Program-made: the position numbers and the translations under genes
Shown: one piece after another, positions 1-9,967 of the stretch
How positions within the stretch are numbered: position 1 is the stretch's first letter
Layout: every line of letters starts with the position of its first letter
Assembly (NCBI GenBank): GCA_039589315.1
Contig: JBDHHQ010000008.1
Span: 1-64,000 of the forward strand
Reading direction: 5' to 3'
Length of the DNA: 64,000 nt
From: Gemmatimonadota bacterium
Lineage (GTDB): Bacteria; Gemmatimonadota; Gemmatimonadetes; Longimicrobiales; Gaopeijiaceae
The notes under the pieces: model-generated
Seen by the model: the letters and a program-made list of their open reading frames with translations, nothing else
The model's database searches: none
What the model was told of the DNA's origin: nothing

Positions 1-22
1 TCCCATCTCCCGAGCGTGGTGT

Positions 23-1315
23 GTGGCTGTGACTGATTCCCTCGAACGCGAGGTCCGGGAGCTACGGTCTTTCTACTGGTCGGAGCGCGATCCCGACGGC
101 CGTGGCTTCGCCCCCCTGGCTGATGCCTATCGCCGGTCGGGAGACCTCGAAGGGGCACGGGAGCTACTGGCCGAAGGCCTGGAGCGGCACCCAGAGTTCG
201 CCTCCGGCCACGTGGTCGCGGCCCGGGTCTACCTCGCCGAAGGAGACAGGGAGGCCGCGGTCGGCGCGCTCAACCGGGTCCTGGAGCTCGACGACGAGAA
301 CACCGAGGCACTCTGGATCCTGGGCTCGCTCCACGAGGAGGGGGGCGACCGCGCTTCTGCGTTCGACCTGCTCAAACGGCTCACCGTCCTGGTTCCCGAC
401 GACGACGAGGTTCTGGACCGGATCCGAGCGCTGGAGTCCGAGCTGGAGTCGGGAGAGGGCTGGGAGTCCGGCGTGGAGGGCGAGCTCGCCGCCGGCGCCG
501 TAGACTCGGCGGAGTCGGACGTCCTCGCCTCCGACGCGGGGGCGGAGAGCTCCCGTGACGTCGTGGCGGCCCTTGAATCCGAAGAGCTCGGCGAGGACAG
601 CTGGGACTTCGCCACCGCCGACCGGACGATGGCGGAGGTGCCGGATGAGGAGGAGCTCTACACCAGAACGCTGGCCGAGCTCTACGCCGACCAGGGGCTC
701 TTCGACCGAGCCGCGGACGTGTACCGACACCTGATCGCGGCCGACCCGGACGACACCGAGCTCCAGGCCCGCCTGGAGGCCGTGGAGGGCCGGATTCTGC
801 CCGCCACGCCTGGGGACGAGGCGGCCCTCGTAGAGCAGACGGACGTCACCGATCTGGACGAGATTGCCGCGGAGCTGGCGACGGGACCCGCGGTGGCCGG
901 AGATCTGGACACGCCGTTCGCGTGGTCCGAGGCGGCGGCGCCACCCGAGCCAGAGGAGGAAGGCCTCCCGATCGCCGATCACTTCTCCGATCTGCTCTCC
1001 TGGCCTGCGCCCGACGTCGCGGAGGCCGCTGACGAGGAGGCCCCGGTCCCTGGGGCCGGGATCGTCGAAGAAGTGGAGCCGGCGTCCGAGCCGGTGCCCA
1101 TCGACGCTCTGGCGCCGCAAGGCGCGTCGCCCGCCGCCGAGGCTGCTGGGGCGGAGGAGCCCGTGCCCGTGGCGTTCCTCGCTCCAGATGCGGCTCAGGA
1201 GGAAGTCGTACCCATCGACGCTCTGGCGCCGGAGGAGGTCGCCTCCGCCGAGGACGAGGAAGTCAGCGATCAGGTGGCGAAGTTCCGGGACTGGATGCGA
1301 CGGCTGGGTAAGTGA
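23..1315 (+). CDS. Tetratricopeptide-repeat protein with a long acidic low-complexity C-terminal region
   Basis: N-terminal TPR-like helices (FAPLADAYRRSG, ALWILGSLHEEG), a second TPR (TRTLAELYADQG), E/A/P-rich linkers and a terminal FRDWM helix; GTGA overlap with aroQ. Confidence 0.8.
   Translation: MAVTDSLEREVRELRSFYWSERDPDGRGFAPLADAYRRSGDLEGARELLAEGLERHPEFASGHVVAARVYLAEGDREAAVGALNRVLELDDENTEALWILGSLHEEGGDRASAFDLLKRLTVLVPDDDEVLDRIRALESELESGEGWESGVEGELAAGAVDSAESDVLASDAGAESSRDVVAALESEELGEDSWDFATADRTMAEVPDEEELYTRTLAELYADQGLFDRAADVYRHLIAADPDDTELQARLEAVEGRILPATPGDEAALVEQTDVTDLDEIAAELATGPAVAGDLDTPFAWSEAAAPPEPEEEGLPIADHFSDLLSWPAPDVAEAADEEAPVPGAGIVEEVEPASEPVPIDALAPQGASPAAEAAGAEEPVPVAFLAPDAAQEEVVPIDALAPEEVASAEDEEVSDQVAKFRDWMRRLGK
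1097..1231 (+). repeat. Intragenic 21-nt direct repeat CCCATCGACGCTCTGGCGCCG (PIDALAP), with a diverged third peptide copy
   Basis: Identical copies at 1097-1117 and 1211-1231; PVAFLAP variant between them. Confidence 0.85.
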
Positions 1316-1758
1316 AGATCTCGGTCATCCACGGCCCAAACCTGGGCAGCCTGGGCCGTAGGGAGCCGGAGGTCTACGGCACGGCGACGCTCCAAGACGT
1401 AGACCGGGCGCTCGCAGCCCACGCCACCGATCTGGGCGTCGAGGTGGAGAGCTTCCAGTCCAATTCCGAAGGTGCGATCCTGGACCACCTGGAGGGGGTC
1501 GCCGACCGTGCCGACGGCATCGTGATCAACCCCGGAGGCCTGACCCACACGAGTGTCTCGCTCCGAGACGGTCTCGTGGCCGCCGGCTTGCCGTTCGTCG
1601 AAGTGCATCTCTCCAACGTGCACGCGCGGGAGCGTTTTCGGCGCCACTCCTACCTGGCGCCGGTGGCGGTCGGCGTGGTCGCAGGCTTCGGCGTGGAGAG
1701 CTATCTTCTTGGGCTACGGGGTCTCTTGACCCACCTGAGAGCGAGCAGGCAAGGCTGA
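1312..1758 (+). CDS. aroQ: Type II 3-dehydroquinate dehydratase
   Basis: HGPNLxxLGxREPxxYG, QSNxEG, INPGG, EVHLSN motifs. Confidence 0.97.
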   Translation: MKISVIHGPNLGSLGRREPEVYGTATLQDVDRALAAHATDLGVEVESFQSNSEGAILDHLEGVADRADGIVINPGGLTHTSVSLRDGLVAAGLPFVEVHLSNVHARERFRRHSYLAPVAVGVVAGFGVESYLLGLRGLLTHLRASRQG

Positions 1759-1779
1759 CCGCGAGGACCGACAGGACCC

Positions 1780-2346
1780 ATGGCGACGACGGCTGACTTC
1801 CGCAACGGAATGGTGCTCAATATCGATGGCGAGCTGTGGACGCTCACGTATTTCCAGCACGTCAAGCCCGGTAAGGGGGGCGCCTTCGTACGGACGAAGC
1901 TCAAGAACGTCCTCACGGGCAGGGTCGTCGACAAGACCTACCGGGCTGGTGAGAAGGTGGAGGACGTCCGACTGGAGCGGCGGCTGGTCCAGTACAGCTA
2001 CACCGACGGCGATCTGTACTACTTCATGGACGCCAACACCTACGAGATGTCGCCGATCTCCCGGGACCTGATCGGGGAGGATCAGCTGAAGTACCTGAAG
2101 GAGAACATGGAATGCGAGGGATTGGTCCATGAGGGGACCGTGATCGCGGTGGAGCTCCCTTTCTTCGTCGAGCTGCGCGTGAGCCAGACGGAGCCGGGCG
2201 TTCGCGGTGACACCGCCCAGGGCGGCACCAAGCCCGCCACGCTCGAGACGGGGGCCATCGTCCAGGTTCCGCTCTTCGTGGAGGAGGGGGATGTCCTGAA
2301 GGTGGACCGCCGGGAAGACAAATACCTGACGCGGGTGACCGAATGA
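1780..2346 (+). CDS. efp: Elongation factor P
   Basis: HVKPGKGGAFVR, PGVRGDT, KPATLETG, VPLFV motifs. Confidence 0.98.
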   Translation: MATTADFRNGMVLNIDGELWTLTYFQHVKPGKGGAFVRTKLKNVLTGRVVDKTYRAGEKVEDVRLERRLVQYSYTDGDLYYFMDANTYEMSPISRDLIGEDQLKYLKENMECEGLVHEGTVIAVELPFFVELRVSQTEPGVRGDTAQGGTKPATLETGAIVQVPLFVEEGDVLKVDRREDKYLTRVTE

Positions 2347-2855
2347 TCGACCTCGACTTCATCGAAGGACTGATTCGAGCCATCGACCAGAGCGGCCTCG
2401 ATTCCATCGAGATCGAGCGCGGCGGTACGCGCATCCGCATGGCGAAGACGCCTTCCGGCATGGTGTCCGCTCCGACGGGGTCCACCGCTCCCGTCCTGGT
2501 CGCGGCGCAGTCGGCGCCGCCCGCAGCGCTCGCGCCTGCGGTCCAGCCCGCCGGAGAGCCCCCTCCACTGCCGGCCGAGCCGGCGGTCCCGGAGCCGTCC
2601 ACGGCAGCCACGAACCTGATCGACGTGACTTCGCCCATGGTCGGCACCTTCTATCGCGCGCCAGCTCCGGATGCGCCGCCGTACGTCGACGTGGGTGCGC
2701 GCGTGGCGGTGGGCGACACGCTCTGCATCATCGAGGCCATGAAGCTGATGAACGAGCTGGAGTCCGAGGTGGCCGGAACGATCGCGGAGATCCTCGTGGA
2801 GAACGCGGAGCCGGTGGAGTACGGACAGCCCCTCTTCCGCATCGAGCCTGCGTGA
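2343..2855 (+). CDS. accB: Acetyl-CoA carboxylase biotin carboxyl carrier protein
   Basis: SPMVGTFY, IIEAMKLMNE biotinylation motif, Pro/Ala linker. Confidence 0.97.
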   Translation: MIDLDFIEGLIRAIDQSGLDSIEIERGGTRIRMAKTPSGMVSAPTGSTAPVLVAAQSAPPAALAPAVQPAGEPPPLPAEPAVPEPSTAATNLIDVTSPMVGTFYRAPAPDAPPYVDVGARVAVGDTLCIIEAMKLMNELESEVAGTIAEILVENAEPVEYGQPLFRIEPA

Positions 2856-3023
2856 GGGGAACTTCGCCGCCCGGAGCGAGCCCAGCACGCAGGGCATCGA
2901 CGGCGCGTCGCCACCGCTCACAGGTCCGGACGGGGGGGAACGGGCGCGACCGGCAAGGCTCCGCTCGAGGGGTCTGGCCCGGTCCGCGTCTCCGCGCCGG
3001 GGGCCGCGTCAAGGAGACTTCCG

Positions 3024-4379
3024 TTGTTCCGTAAGGTCCTGATCGCGAACCGGGGCGAGATCGCTCTCCGGGTCATTCGGGCGTGTCACGAGCTCGGGAT
3101 CCAGACGGTGGCCGTCTACTCCGAGGCGGACCGGGAATCCCTCCACGTCCGGTTCGCCGACGAGGACGTGTGCATCGGTCCGCCCCCGGCCACCGAGAGC
3201 TACCTGAACATCCCCCGGATCATCTCGGCTGCCGAGATCACCGGGGCAGAGGCGATCCATCCGGGCTACGGCTTCCTCGCAGAGAACGCCGAGTTCAGCG
3301 AGATCTGCGAGCGCTCCGATATCGTCTTCATCGGACCGACACCCGAGCAGATCCGGGCCATGGGGGACAAGGCGACGGCACGGCGGACCATGATGGAGGC
3401 CGGCGTCCCCGTCATTCCCGGCACCGAGGGTATCGTCGAGGATCTGGAGGAAGCCCGCGCGGCCGCCGAGGACATCGGGTTTCCCGTGATGATCAAGGCA
3501 TCGGCGGGTGGAGGCGGGAAGGGGATGCGCGTAGCGGAAGACACCGAAGGCTTCGAGAGGTTCTTCCAGGCAGCCCAGAACGAGGCGCGGGCGGCGTTCG
3601 GCGACCCGGGCGTCTATCTCGAGCGATGCATCGTGCGCCCTCGTCACGTGGAGTTTCAGGTCTTCGGCGATCGGTTCGGCAAGGTGGTGCACCTCGGCGA
3701 GCGCGACTGCTCCGTTCAACGCCGTCATCAGAAGCTCATCGAGGAGGCCCCCTCACCGGCCCTGACGCCCGAGACTCGCAGGCAGATGGGCGAGGCGGCC
3801 GTCAAGGCGGCGAAGGCCATCGAGTACGTGGGGGCCGGGACGGTGGAGTTCCTGCTGGATCAGGGTGGCGACTACTTCTTCATTGAGATGAACACACGAA
3901 TCCAGGTGGAGCATCCGGTCACCGAGGTGACGACCGGCTTCGACCTGGTCAAGGAACAGATACGCGTCGCCGCCGGGGAGCACCTGAGCTTCCCCGAGGA
4001 GTCCGTGGCGCACCGGGGTCACGCCATCGAGTTTCGCATCAACGCCGAGTCGCCGGAGCGTGACTTCGCGCCGTCCCCCGGACAGATCACGACCTTTCAC
4101 CCGCCGGGAGGCCCCGGAGTGCGGCTCGACACGCACGTCTACACTGGGTACCACGTCCCGCCGTACTACGATTCGCTTCTCGCCAAGCTGATCGTGAGCG
4201 GAAACACGCGGGACGAGGCCCTCGTCAGAGCCAGGAACGCCCTGGACTCCTTCGTCATCGAAGGGGTCGACACCACGATCTCGTTCCTGTCCGAGATCAC
4301 CCGGGACCAGGCGTTCGCGGAAGGCCGGGTGGACACGGGCTTCGTGGACCGCTTCAAGGCCGACCGTAGCGGGGATTGA
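3024..4379 (+). CDS. accC: Biotin carboxylase
   Basis: [38 protein letters not shown] start after AAGGAG. Confidence 0.97.
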   Translation: MFRKVLIANRGEIALRVIRACHELGIQTVAVYSEADRESLHVRFADEDVCIGPPPATESYLNIPRIISAAEITGAEAIHPGYGFLAENAEFSEICERSDIVFIGPTPEQIRAMGDKATARRTMMEAGVPVIPGTEGIVEDLEEARAAAEDIGFPVMIKASAGGGGKGMRVAEDTEGFERFFQAAQNEARAAFGDPGVYLERCIVRPRHVEFQVFGDRFGKVVHLGERDCSVQRRHQKLIEEAPSPALTPETRRQMGEAAVKAAKAIEYVGAGTVEFLLDQGGDYFFIEMNTRIQVEHPVTEVTTGFDLVKEQIRVAAGEHLSFPEESVAHRGHAIEFRINAESPERDFAPSPGQITTFHPPGGPGVRLDTHVYTGYHVPPYYDSLLAKLIVSGNTRDEALVRARNALDSFVIEGVDTTISFLSEITRDQAFAEGRVDTGFVDRFKADRSGD

Positions 4380-5110
4380 TGGACGTACACGTCTTCCTCA
4401 CGTCGGGGGAGGTAGAGCCGGCCGTGGTCGCCGGGCGCACAGTCGTCGTGATCGACGTGCTTCGGGCCACCAGCACCATCGTAGAAGCCTTGGCCAACGG
4501 GGCTACCGCCGTGTACCCTGCCGCATCCACGGAAGGCGCCCTGAAGCTGCTTTCGTCCCTCGGCCGGGAGGATACGCTGCTCTGCGGCGAAAGGCGGTGG
4601 CTGAAGGTCGACGGGTTCGACCTCGGCAACTCGCCGGCCGAGTTCACGGCCGCGCGTGTCGGCGGCAAGCGCCTGGTCATGAGCACCACCAACGGCACCG
4701 AGGCTCTCACGGCGGCAGCGGGGGCGGAGCGGGTCGTGGTGGGCTCGTTCCTCAATCTGGGGGCGGTGGCCGAAGCCGTGGCCGGTGAGGCTTCTCTGGC
4801 CATCATCTGCGCCGGACAGGAGAACACCTTCTCCCTGGACGACGTCGTCTGCGCCGGCACGCTCCTCAACCGGGTGACGGCGGTGCACGGTGACCGCTTC
4901 CGGGCCAATGACGCGGCGCTCGCTGCCGGGGCCTTGGCGGAGCGGTTCGAGCCCGATCCGGGCTTTCTCCGGCAGACGATGGCCGGCCGGTCGCTGACTG
5001 AGAACGGTTTCGCGTCGGACCTGACGTTCTGTGCTCAGATCGACCGGCACGCGCTGGTGCCCGAGATGCGAGACCAGATCATCCGAGCCGTCGGGGACGG
5101 CCCGCCCTGA
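4379..5110 (+). CDS. comB: 2-phosphosulfolactate phosphatase (ComB family)
   Basis: VIDVLRATST, LLCGER, FDLGNSP, STTNGT motifs. Confidence 0.9.
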   Translation: MDVHVFLTSGEVEPAVVAGRTVVVIDVLRATSTIVEALANGATAVYPAASTEGALKLLSSLGREDTLLCGERRWLKVDGFDLGNSPAEFTAARVGGKRLVMSTTNGTEALTAAAGAERVVVGSFLNLGAVAEAVAGEASLAIICAGQENTFSLDDVVCAGTLLNRVTAVHGDRFRANDAALAAGALAERFEPDPGFLRQTMAGRSLTENGFASDLTFCAQIDRHALVPEMRDQIIRAVGDGPP

Positions 5111-5152
5111 TGGCCGCCAATTCTGGAACGTGAGGGAGGAGTCGAGCACGAC

Positions 5153-7459
5153 ATGCTGAGCGGCGAACAGCGGCGAGAGATCCTGGCCCTGGGCCTGCTT
5201 GCGCTGGCCCTCTTCCTGTTGCTGGCCCTGATTCCGGTCGAGTACCTCGGTGCGGGTACCCTGGAGCTGTTCCCGTCGGGCAACACTATGGGCGTCCTGG
5301 GTGGCACCCTACGGTCAATGATGGTGGCCGCTGTCGGCGTGGCGTCCATCATGATCCCGCTCCTCGTCGCCCTCGGGGGTCTGAGGGTGGCCGAGTGGGT
5401 GGATTCCGAGTGGGTCCTTCGCATGGCGGCTCTTGGGGCCGGCCTGCTGATCCTGGTTCCGCCGGCGACGTGGGTCGTGGGCTTCATGCCCGAGCTCGCG
5501 GGCTGGTGGGGCGGACGGGTCGGCGAGCTCCTGGTGTCCGCTATCGGCTGGCTGGGTGCCCTGATCCTCCTCGTGTTCCTGCTGCTGGCCCTCTCGGTCG
5601 GGACGTTGGGTTGGAATCCCCTGCGGGGCCTGGTGCAGGGAGTCAGGGCGGTGTCCGCGGGTGCTCGGAACGCGTGGGCCGTGATGGCGGACGGGATGCG
5701 AGCCGGCGTGAGCCTGCTGCAGGAGCGCTGGCGGGCGTGGGCCGAGAAGCGTCGGGCTCGGGCGGAGGCTCGGCCGGAGCCCGCAGCGGCGGGCTCCACC
5801 CCGGAGGACCAGACGGAGCCCGCTCCCGAGCCCCCTGCGGCGGAAGAGCCCGAGCCGGTGCCGGCGGCCGTTCCGAGCCTACCCGACGGCGCGCCGCCAG
5901 AGGTGGGGATTCCGCCCCTCGAGCTCCTGACCGAGCCGGAGACCCGAAGCCGGGCGGGCATGGAGCGGGAGCTCGAGCGACTCGGCCACGTGCTGGTGGA
6001 GAAGCTGGCGACCTTCAACGTGCAGTGCGAGCTCGGCGGCCATACGACAGGTCCCGTCGTGACCCAGTTCGAGGTCGTGCCCGCTCCTGGCGTGAAGGTG
6101 GGGAAGATCGCGAATCTCGATGCCGATCTGGCCCTGGCCATGAAGGCCAAGAGCATCCGCATCGTCGCGCCGATCCCCGGCAAGGGCGCGGTGGGCGTCG
6201 AGATGCCGAATCCGAAGCCCGAGGTGGTGAACCTCCGGGAGATCCTGGAAGCCAGGGCCTATCAGAGCTCCAAGGCCCTGCTTCCACTGGCACTCGGCAA
6301 GGACCTGACCGGGGAGCCCTTCGTGGCGGATTTGGCGCGCATGCCCCACGTGTTGATCGCCGGGGCCACCGGGTCCGGGAAGTCCGTTTGCCTCAACACG
6401 GTCATCACGAGCCTCGTGTACCGGCACACGCCGGCGACGCTCCGCCTGCTGCTCATCGATCCGAAGATGGTGGAGCTCTCCACATACGCCGACCTGCCAC
6501 ACCTGCGCCATCCCGTGGTGACCGACCCGCATGACGCGTCGGTGGTGCTCAAGTGGGCCGCGCTTGAGATGGAGCGGCGCTACGCCCTGCTCAGCGAGAA
6601 CGGCGTCCGCTCGATCGGCGAGTTCAACCGCCGGGTGGCCAAGGGCACGACGCTCCGGCGGGTGGAGCCCGAGGGCCCCGAAGGCGACCCGGATCGGTGG
6701 GTCTACACGGACGGTGTGCTTCCCTTCATCGTGGTGGTCGTGGACGAGCTCGCCGACCTCATGATGACCGTCCAGGGCGAGGTGGAGCGGCCGCTGACAC
6801 TGCTGGCGCAGAAGGCGCGAGCCATCGGCATCCACCTGATCGTGGCGACGCAGCGTCCGTCGGTGAACGTGATCACGGGCCTCATCAAGGCCAACTTCCC
6901 CTCCCGTATCGCGTTCCGCGTGGCCTCCAAGACCGACTCACGCACGATCCTGGATCAGAACGGTGCCGACGCGCTGCTCGGAAACGGCGACATGTTGTTC
7001 CTGCCCCCCGGCACGAGCGAGCCGATCCGCATCCAGGGAGCGTACATTCCCACCGAGGACACCGACCGCCTCACCCACTGGTTCGGCTCGCACGCGGCAC
7101 GGGTGGCGGAAGAGGCGGAGGCCGAAGCGACCCGCGAGGAGCCCGACATCCTGGAACTCGTGCGAAGCCACGAGATGGAGGAGGCTGCCGAAGCCGCGCA
7201 CGAGAGCGCCGGCGACTGGGACGAGCTGTTCCAGGCCGCGGCGGAGATCTGCATCCAGCAGCAGGGCGGCTCCACTTCACTGCTCCAGCGCAAGCTCCGT
7301 ATCGGTTACGGCCGTGCGGCCCGCATCGTCGACCAGCTGCACGAAGCGGGGGTTCTCGGGCCTCCCGACGGATCCAAGCCCCGGGAGGTGCTCATCGGCC
7401 TCGACGGCCTGCAACTGCTCATCGCCGGGCGGGATGCCGAGAGCCTACCGCCGCTCTAG
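5153..7459 (+). CDS. ftsK: DNA translocase FtsK
   Basis: N-terminal TM helices, GATGSGKS Walker A, IDPKMVEL, ATQRPSV, gamma domain STSLLQRKLRIGYGRAARI. Confidence 0.97.
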   Translation: MLSGEQRREILALGLLALALFLLLALIPVEYLGAGTLELFPSGNTMGVLGGTLRSMMVAAVGVASIMIPLLVALGGLRVAEWVDSEWVLRMAALGAGLLILVPPATWVVGFMPELAGWWGGRVGELLVSAIGWLGALILLVFLLLALSVGTLGWNPLRGLVQGVRAVSAGARNAWAVMADGMRAGVSLLQERWRAWAEKRRARAEARPEPAAAGSTPEDQTEPAPEPPAAEEPEPVPAAVPSLPDGAPPEVGIPPLELLTEPETRSRAGMERELERLGHVLVEKLATFNVQCELGGHTTGPVVTQFEVVPAPGVKVGKIANLDADLALAMKAKSIRIVAPIPGKGAVGVEMPNPKPEVVNLREILEARAYQSSKALLPLALGKDLTGEPFVADLARMPHVLIAGATGSGKSVCLNTVITSLVYRHTPATLRLLLIDPKMVELSTYADLPHLRHPVVTDPHDASVVLKWAALEMERRYALLSENGVRSIGEFNRRVAKGTTLRRVEPEGPEGDPDRWVYTDGVLPFIVVVVDELADLMMTVQGEVERPLTLLAQKARAIGIHLIVATQRPSVNVITGLIKANFPSRIAFRVASKTDSRTILDQNGADALLGNGDMLFLPPGTSEPIRIQGAYIPTEDTDRLTHWFGSHAARVAEEAEAEATREEPDILELVRSHEMEEAAEAAHESAGDWDELFQAAAEICIQQQGGSTSLLQRKLRIGYGRAARIVDQLHEAGVLGPPDGSKPREVLIGLDGLQLLIAGRDAESLPPL

Positions 7460-7514
7460 TGTGGTGCTGCAAGAGTCGTGCGGTAGCTACCAGACTTCTG
7501 CAGCACCCCACTCG
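7456..7514. repeat. Imperfect palindromic unit (REP/MITE-like hairpin)
   Basis: Arms 7458-7477 and 7493-7512 match 17/20 as inverted repeats; perfect internal palindrome GGTAGCTACC at 7482-7491; ends CTAG and CTCG. Confidence 0.6.
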
Positions 7515-7657
7515 AGCGTGTGCCGGAAGGCTCGATCGCGCGAACGGTCACGCCTGCCGGACAGGACACCTCGGTCGGCGGCCGCCGCGGGAACGGGGCC
7601 ACGGGCCCCTGTGTATGAGCGACCGACCTCCCGACTCGCTGCCGCTTGCCAGGTCCT

Positions 7658-8326
7658 ATGACCAGAATTCTGTCTCTCGCCCTGATCTCCGGCGCGCTGG
7701 CCGCTCCCGGTGCGCCCGCCCTTCCCGGTCCGGCGGGCGACCAGGACGCGTTGGCGATCCTGGAGCGGGCGGGCGAGCGGTACGCCGCTCTCCACGGCCT
7801 GTGCGCCGACTTCCGGCAGGTGATCGAGGTGCGGCTGCTGGGCGAGACCAAGCGCAGCGCCGGGCGCATGTGTCAGCAGCCCCCCGACCGCTTTCTCATG
7901 GATTTCACCGATCCCGAGGGCGACCTGGTCGTCGCCGACGGCGAGTCGCTGTGGATCTACTACCCGTCCACCGACGCGAAGCAGGTGTTTCGGTCGCCGC
8001 TCGACGCCTTGGGGCGGAGCTTCGACTTCTATCAGGAGTTTCTGGCCGATCCTGGGCAGAAGTACGAGCCCACCTACGTCTCTCGGGAAAGCGCCTCCTC
8101 GGGCACGCTCCACGTGATCGGCATCGTGCCCACCCGGCCCACGTCGTACGAACGGGCGCGACTCTGGATCGACGACGCGTCGGGCCTGATCCATCGGGTG
8201 CGCATCGAAGAGGAGAATGGCTCGATACGCCATCTCGAGCTCAGCAACCTCGAGGTGAACCCGCAGCTGGATCCCGGTCTTTTCACGTTCACGCCTCCCC
8301 TCGGAGCCAGCGTTCTGGAGCGTTGA
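7658..8326 (+). CDS. lolA: Outer-membrane lipoprotein carrier protein LolA
   Basis: Signal peptide, ADFRQ, LVVADGESLWIYYP, C-terminal FTFTPP; classical ftsK-lolA synteny. Confidence 0.85.
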   Translation: MTRILSLALISGALAAPGAPALPGPAGDQDALAILERAGERYAALHGLCADFRQVIEVRLLGETKRSAGRMCQQPPDRFLMDFTDPEGDLVVADGESLWIYYPSTDAKQVFRSPLDALGRSFDFYQEFLADPGQKYEPTYVSRESASSGTLHVIGIVPTRPTSYERARLWIDDASGLIHRVRIEEENGSIRHLELSNLEVNPQLDPGLFTFTPPLGASVLER

Positions 8327-8363
8327 TGACCCGGCGTCCCCGAGTCGCGGGGTGTTCCCTTCC

Positions 8364-9836
8364 ATGAGAACGCGTGACTTGCCGGTCTTTCCGGTGACCC
8401 CCGACCCGATTCGGCCCGACGTGCCGCGGGACGTGGCGGCCGTTCATCTCGACATCGACGGCGTGGGCCCCGAAGCAGGTCCCCGGTTCGGCCTCGTCAC
8501 CCTGGGGTGTGACAAGAACACAGTGGACTCCGAGCGGATGATGGCGGCGCTCGTGGGTGCGGGCGCCCATGTCTCCAGCGATCTGGCGGACGCGGAAGTG
8601 GTCATCATCAACACGTGCGGATTCATCGAGGCCGCCAAGGGGGAGTCCATCGAGACCGTCCTGGAAGCGTGTGCCCTGAAGACCACGGGGAAGGTCAAGG
8701 CCGTGGTGGGCGTGGGGTGCCTGGTCCAGCGCTACAAGGACGAGCTCGTCCGCGAGCTCCCCGAGGTGGATCTGTTCCTGGGACTGGCCGAGATGGGCGG
8801 GCTCCTCGACGAGCTGCGTCGTCGTGGCCTGCTGCCGACCACGGCGCCGGCCGTCCCCAACATGGAGCGGCCGCTGAGGATCCTCTCCACCGAGACCCCC
8901 CACACGTCGTTCCTGAAGATCAGCGAAGGCTGTGATCATACGTGCGCGTTCTGCGCGATCCCGTTGATGCGGGGGTTGCACCGGTCCGCGCCGCTGGAGG
9001 AGCTCGTGGCCGAGGCCCGGGCCCTCGGAGAACGAGGCGTGCGGGAGCTCAACGTCATATCCCAGGACACGACGTGGTACGGACGGGATCTGCGCCGAGG
9101 ACCGCAGGGCAAGGAGGCTCCGCTCCTGCCTGATCTCCTCCGGGCGCTGGTGGCGGAGACGTCTGTGCCGTGGTATCGGCTTTTCTACATGTATCCGTCC
9201 GGCATAACCCGCGAGGTGGTGGAGCTGCTGGCTTCGGAGCCGAGGATCCTCCCGTATCTGGACATGCCGCTCCAGCACGGCTCCGACCGCATCCTGACCG
9301 CCATGAGACGGCCCGAGCGGCGGGCGACCATCCTGGAGCGGGTCGGGTGGCTCCGCGAGGTGATTCCGGACCTCACCCTCCGGACCACGCTCATCGTGGG
9401 CTTCCCTGGCGAAACGGATGAGGACTTTCGGCAGATGCTGGATCTCCTCGATGAAATCCGCTTTCAGCACGTCGGTGCCTTCACCTACTCGGTGGAGGAG
9501 GGTACGCCAGCAGCGGCCATGGAGGAACAGGTGCCCGACGCAGTCAAGCACGAGCGCCTGGAGGAGCTCCTGGATCACCAGCGGGCTATCTCCCAGGAGC
9601 GGAATCAGGAGCGAGTGGGCCGCACCGAGACGGTGCTGGTGGACCGGGCCGGGCCCGCGGCCGGCCAAGGGGTCGGGCGGACCGCCGGACAAGCGTTGGA
9701 CATCGACGGGCTCACCCACCTCTCTGGCCTCGCACGGGGGCGGGAGGGGCGCTTCGTGCAGGTCGAGATCGCCGATGCCGGCGAGTATGACCTGGAAGGG
9801 ACCGTCGTGCCGGACCAAGGCGGGCCCGGCGGTTGA
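8364..9836 (+). CDS. rimO: Ribosomal protein S12 methylthiotransferase RimO
   Basis: LGCDKNTVDSE, INTCGFI, KISEGCDHTCAFC, YMYP, PLQHGS; start may be 8352 or 8364. Confidence 0.93.
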   Translation: MRTRDLPVFPVTPDPIRPDVPRDVAAVHLDIDGVGPEAGPRFGLVTLGCDKNTVDSERMMAALVGAGAHVSSDLADAEVVIINTCGFIEAAKGESIETVLEACALKTTGKVKAVVGVGCLVQRYKDELVRELPEVDLFLGLAEMGGLLDELRRRGLLPTTAPAVPNMERPLRILSTETPHTSFLKISEGCDHTCAFCAIPLMRGLHRSAPLEELVAEARALGERGVRELNVISQDTTWYGRDLRRGPQGKEAPLLPDLLRALVAETSVPWYRLFYMYPSGITREVVELLASEPRILPYLDMPLQHGSDRILTAMRRPERRATILERVGWLREVIPDLTLRTTLIVGFPGETDEDFRQMLDLLDEIRFQHVGAFTYSVEEGTPAAAMEEQVPDAVKHERLEELLDHQRAISQERNQERVGRTETVLVDRAGPAAGQGVGRTAGQALDIDGLTHLSGLARGREGRFVQVEIADAGEYDLEGTVVPDQGGPGG

Positions 9837-9967
9837 GGGGGACCGGGCTACCCAAGCGGCGATGGTCGCCGCCCAGGACGGGCCCGGCCAGGGGGCCGCA
9901 CCGGGGTGACCGCAGCGCGAGCCCCGGGACACACTACGTTTACCATCGCGGGGAAGGGAGTCGGTCG

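Noticed and set aside
2852..3034. 60-aa ORF between accB and accC
   Set aside because: R/G/A-rich, no motif, runs out of frame into accC; no evidence of coding
4379..5110. comB as evidence of coenzyme M biosynthesis
   Set aside because: No comA/C/D/E nearby, and stand-alone ComB homologues are widespread in bacteria
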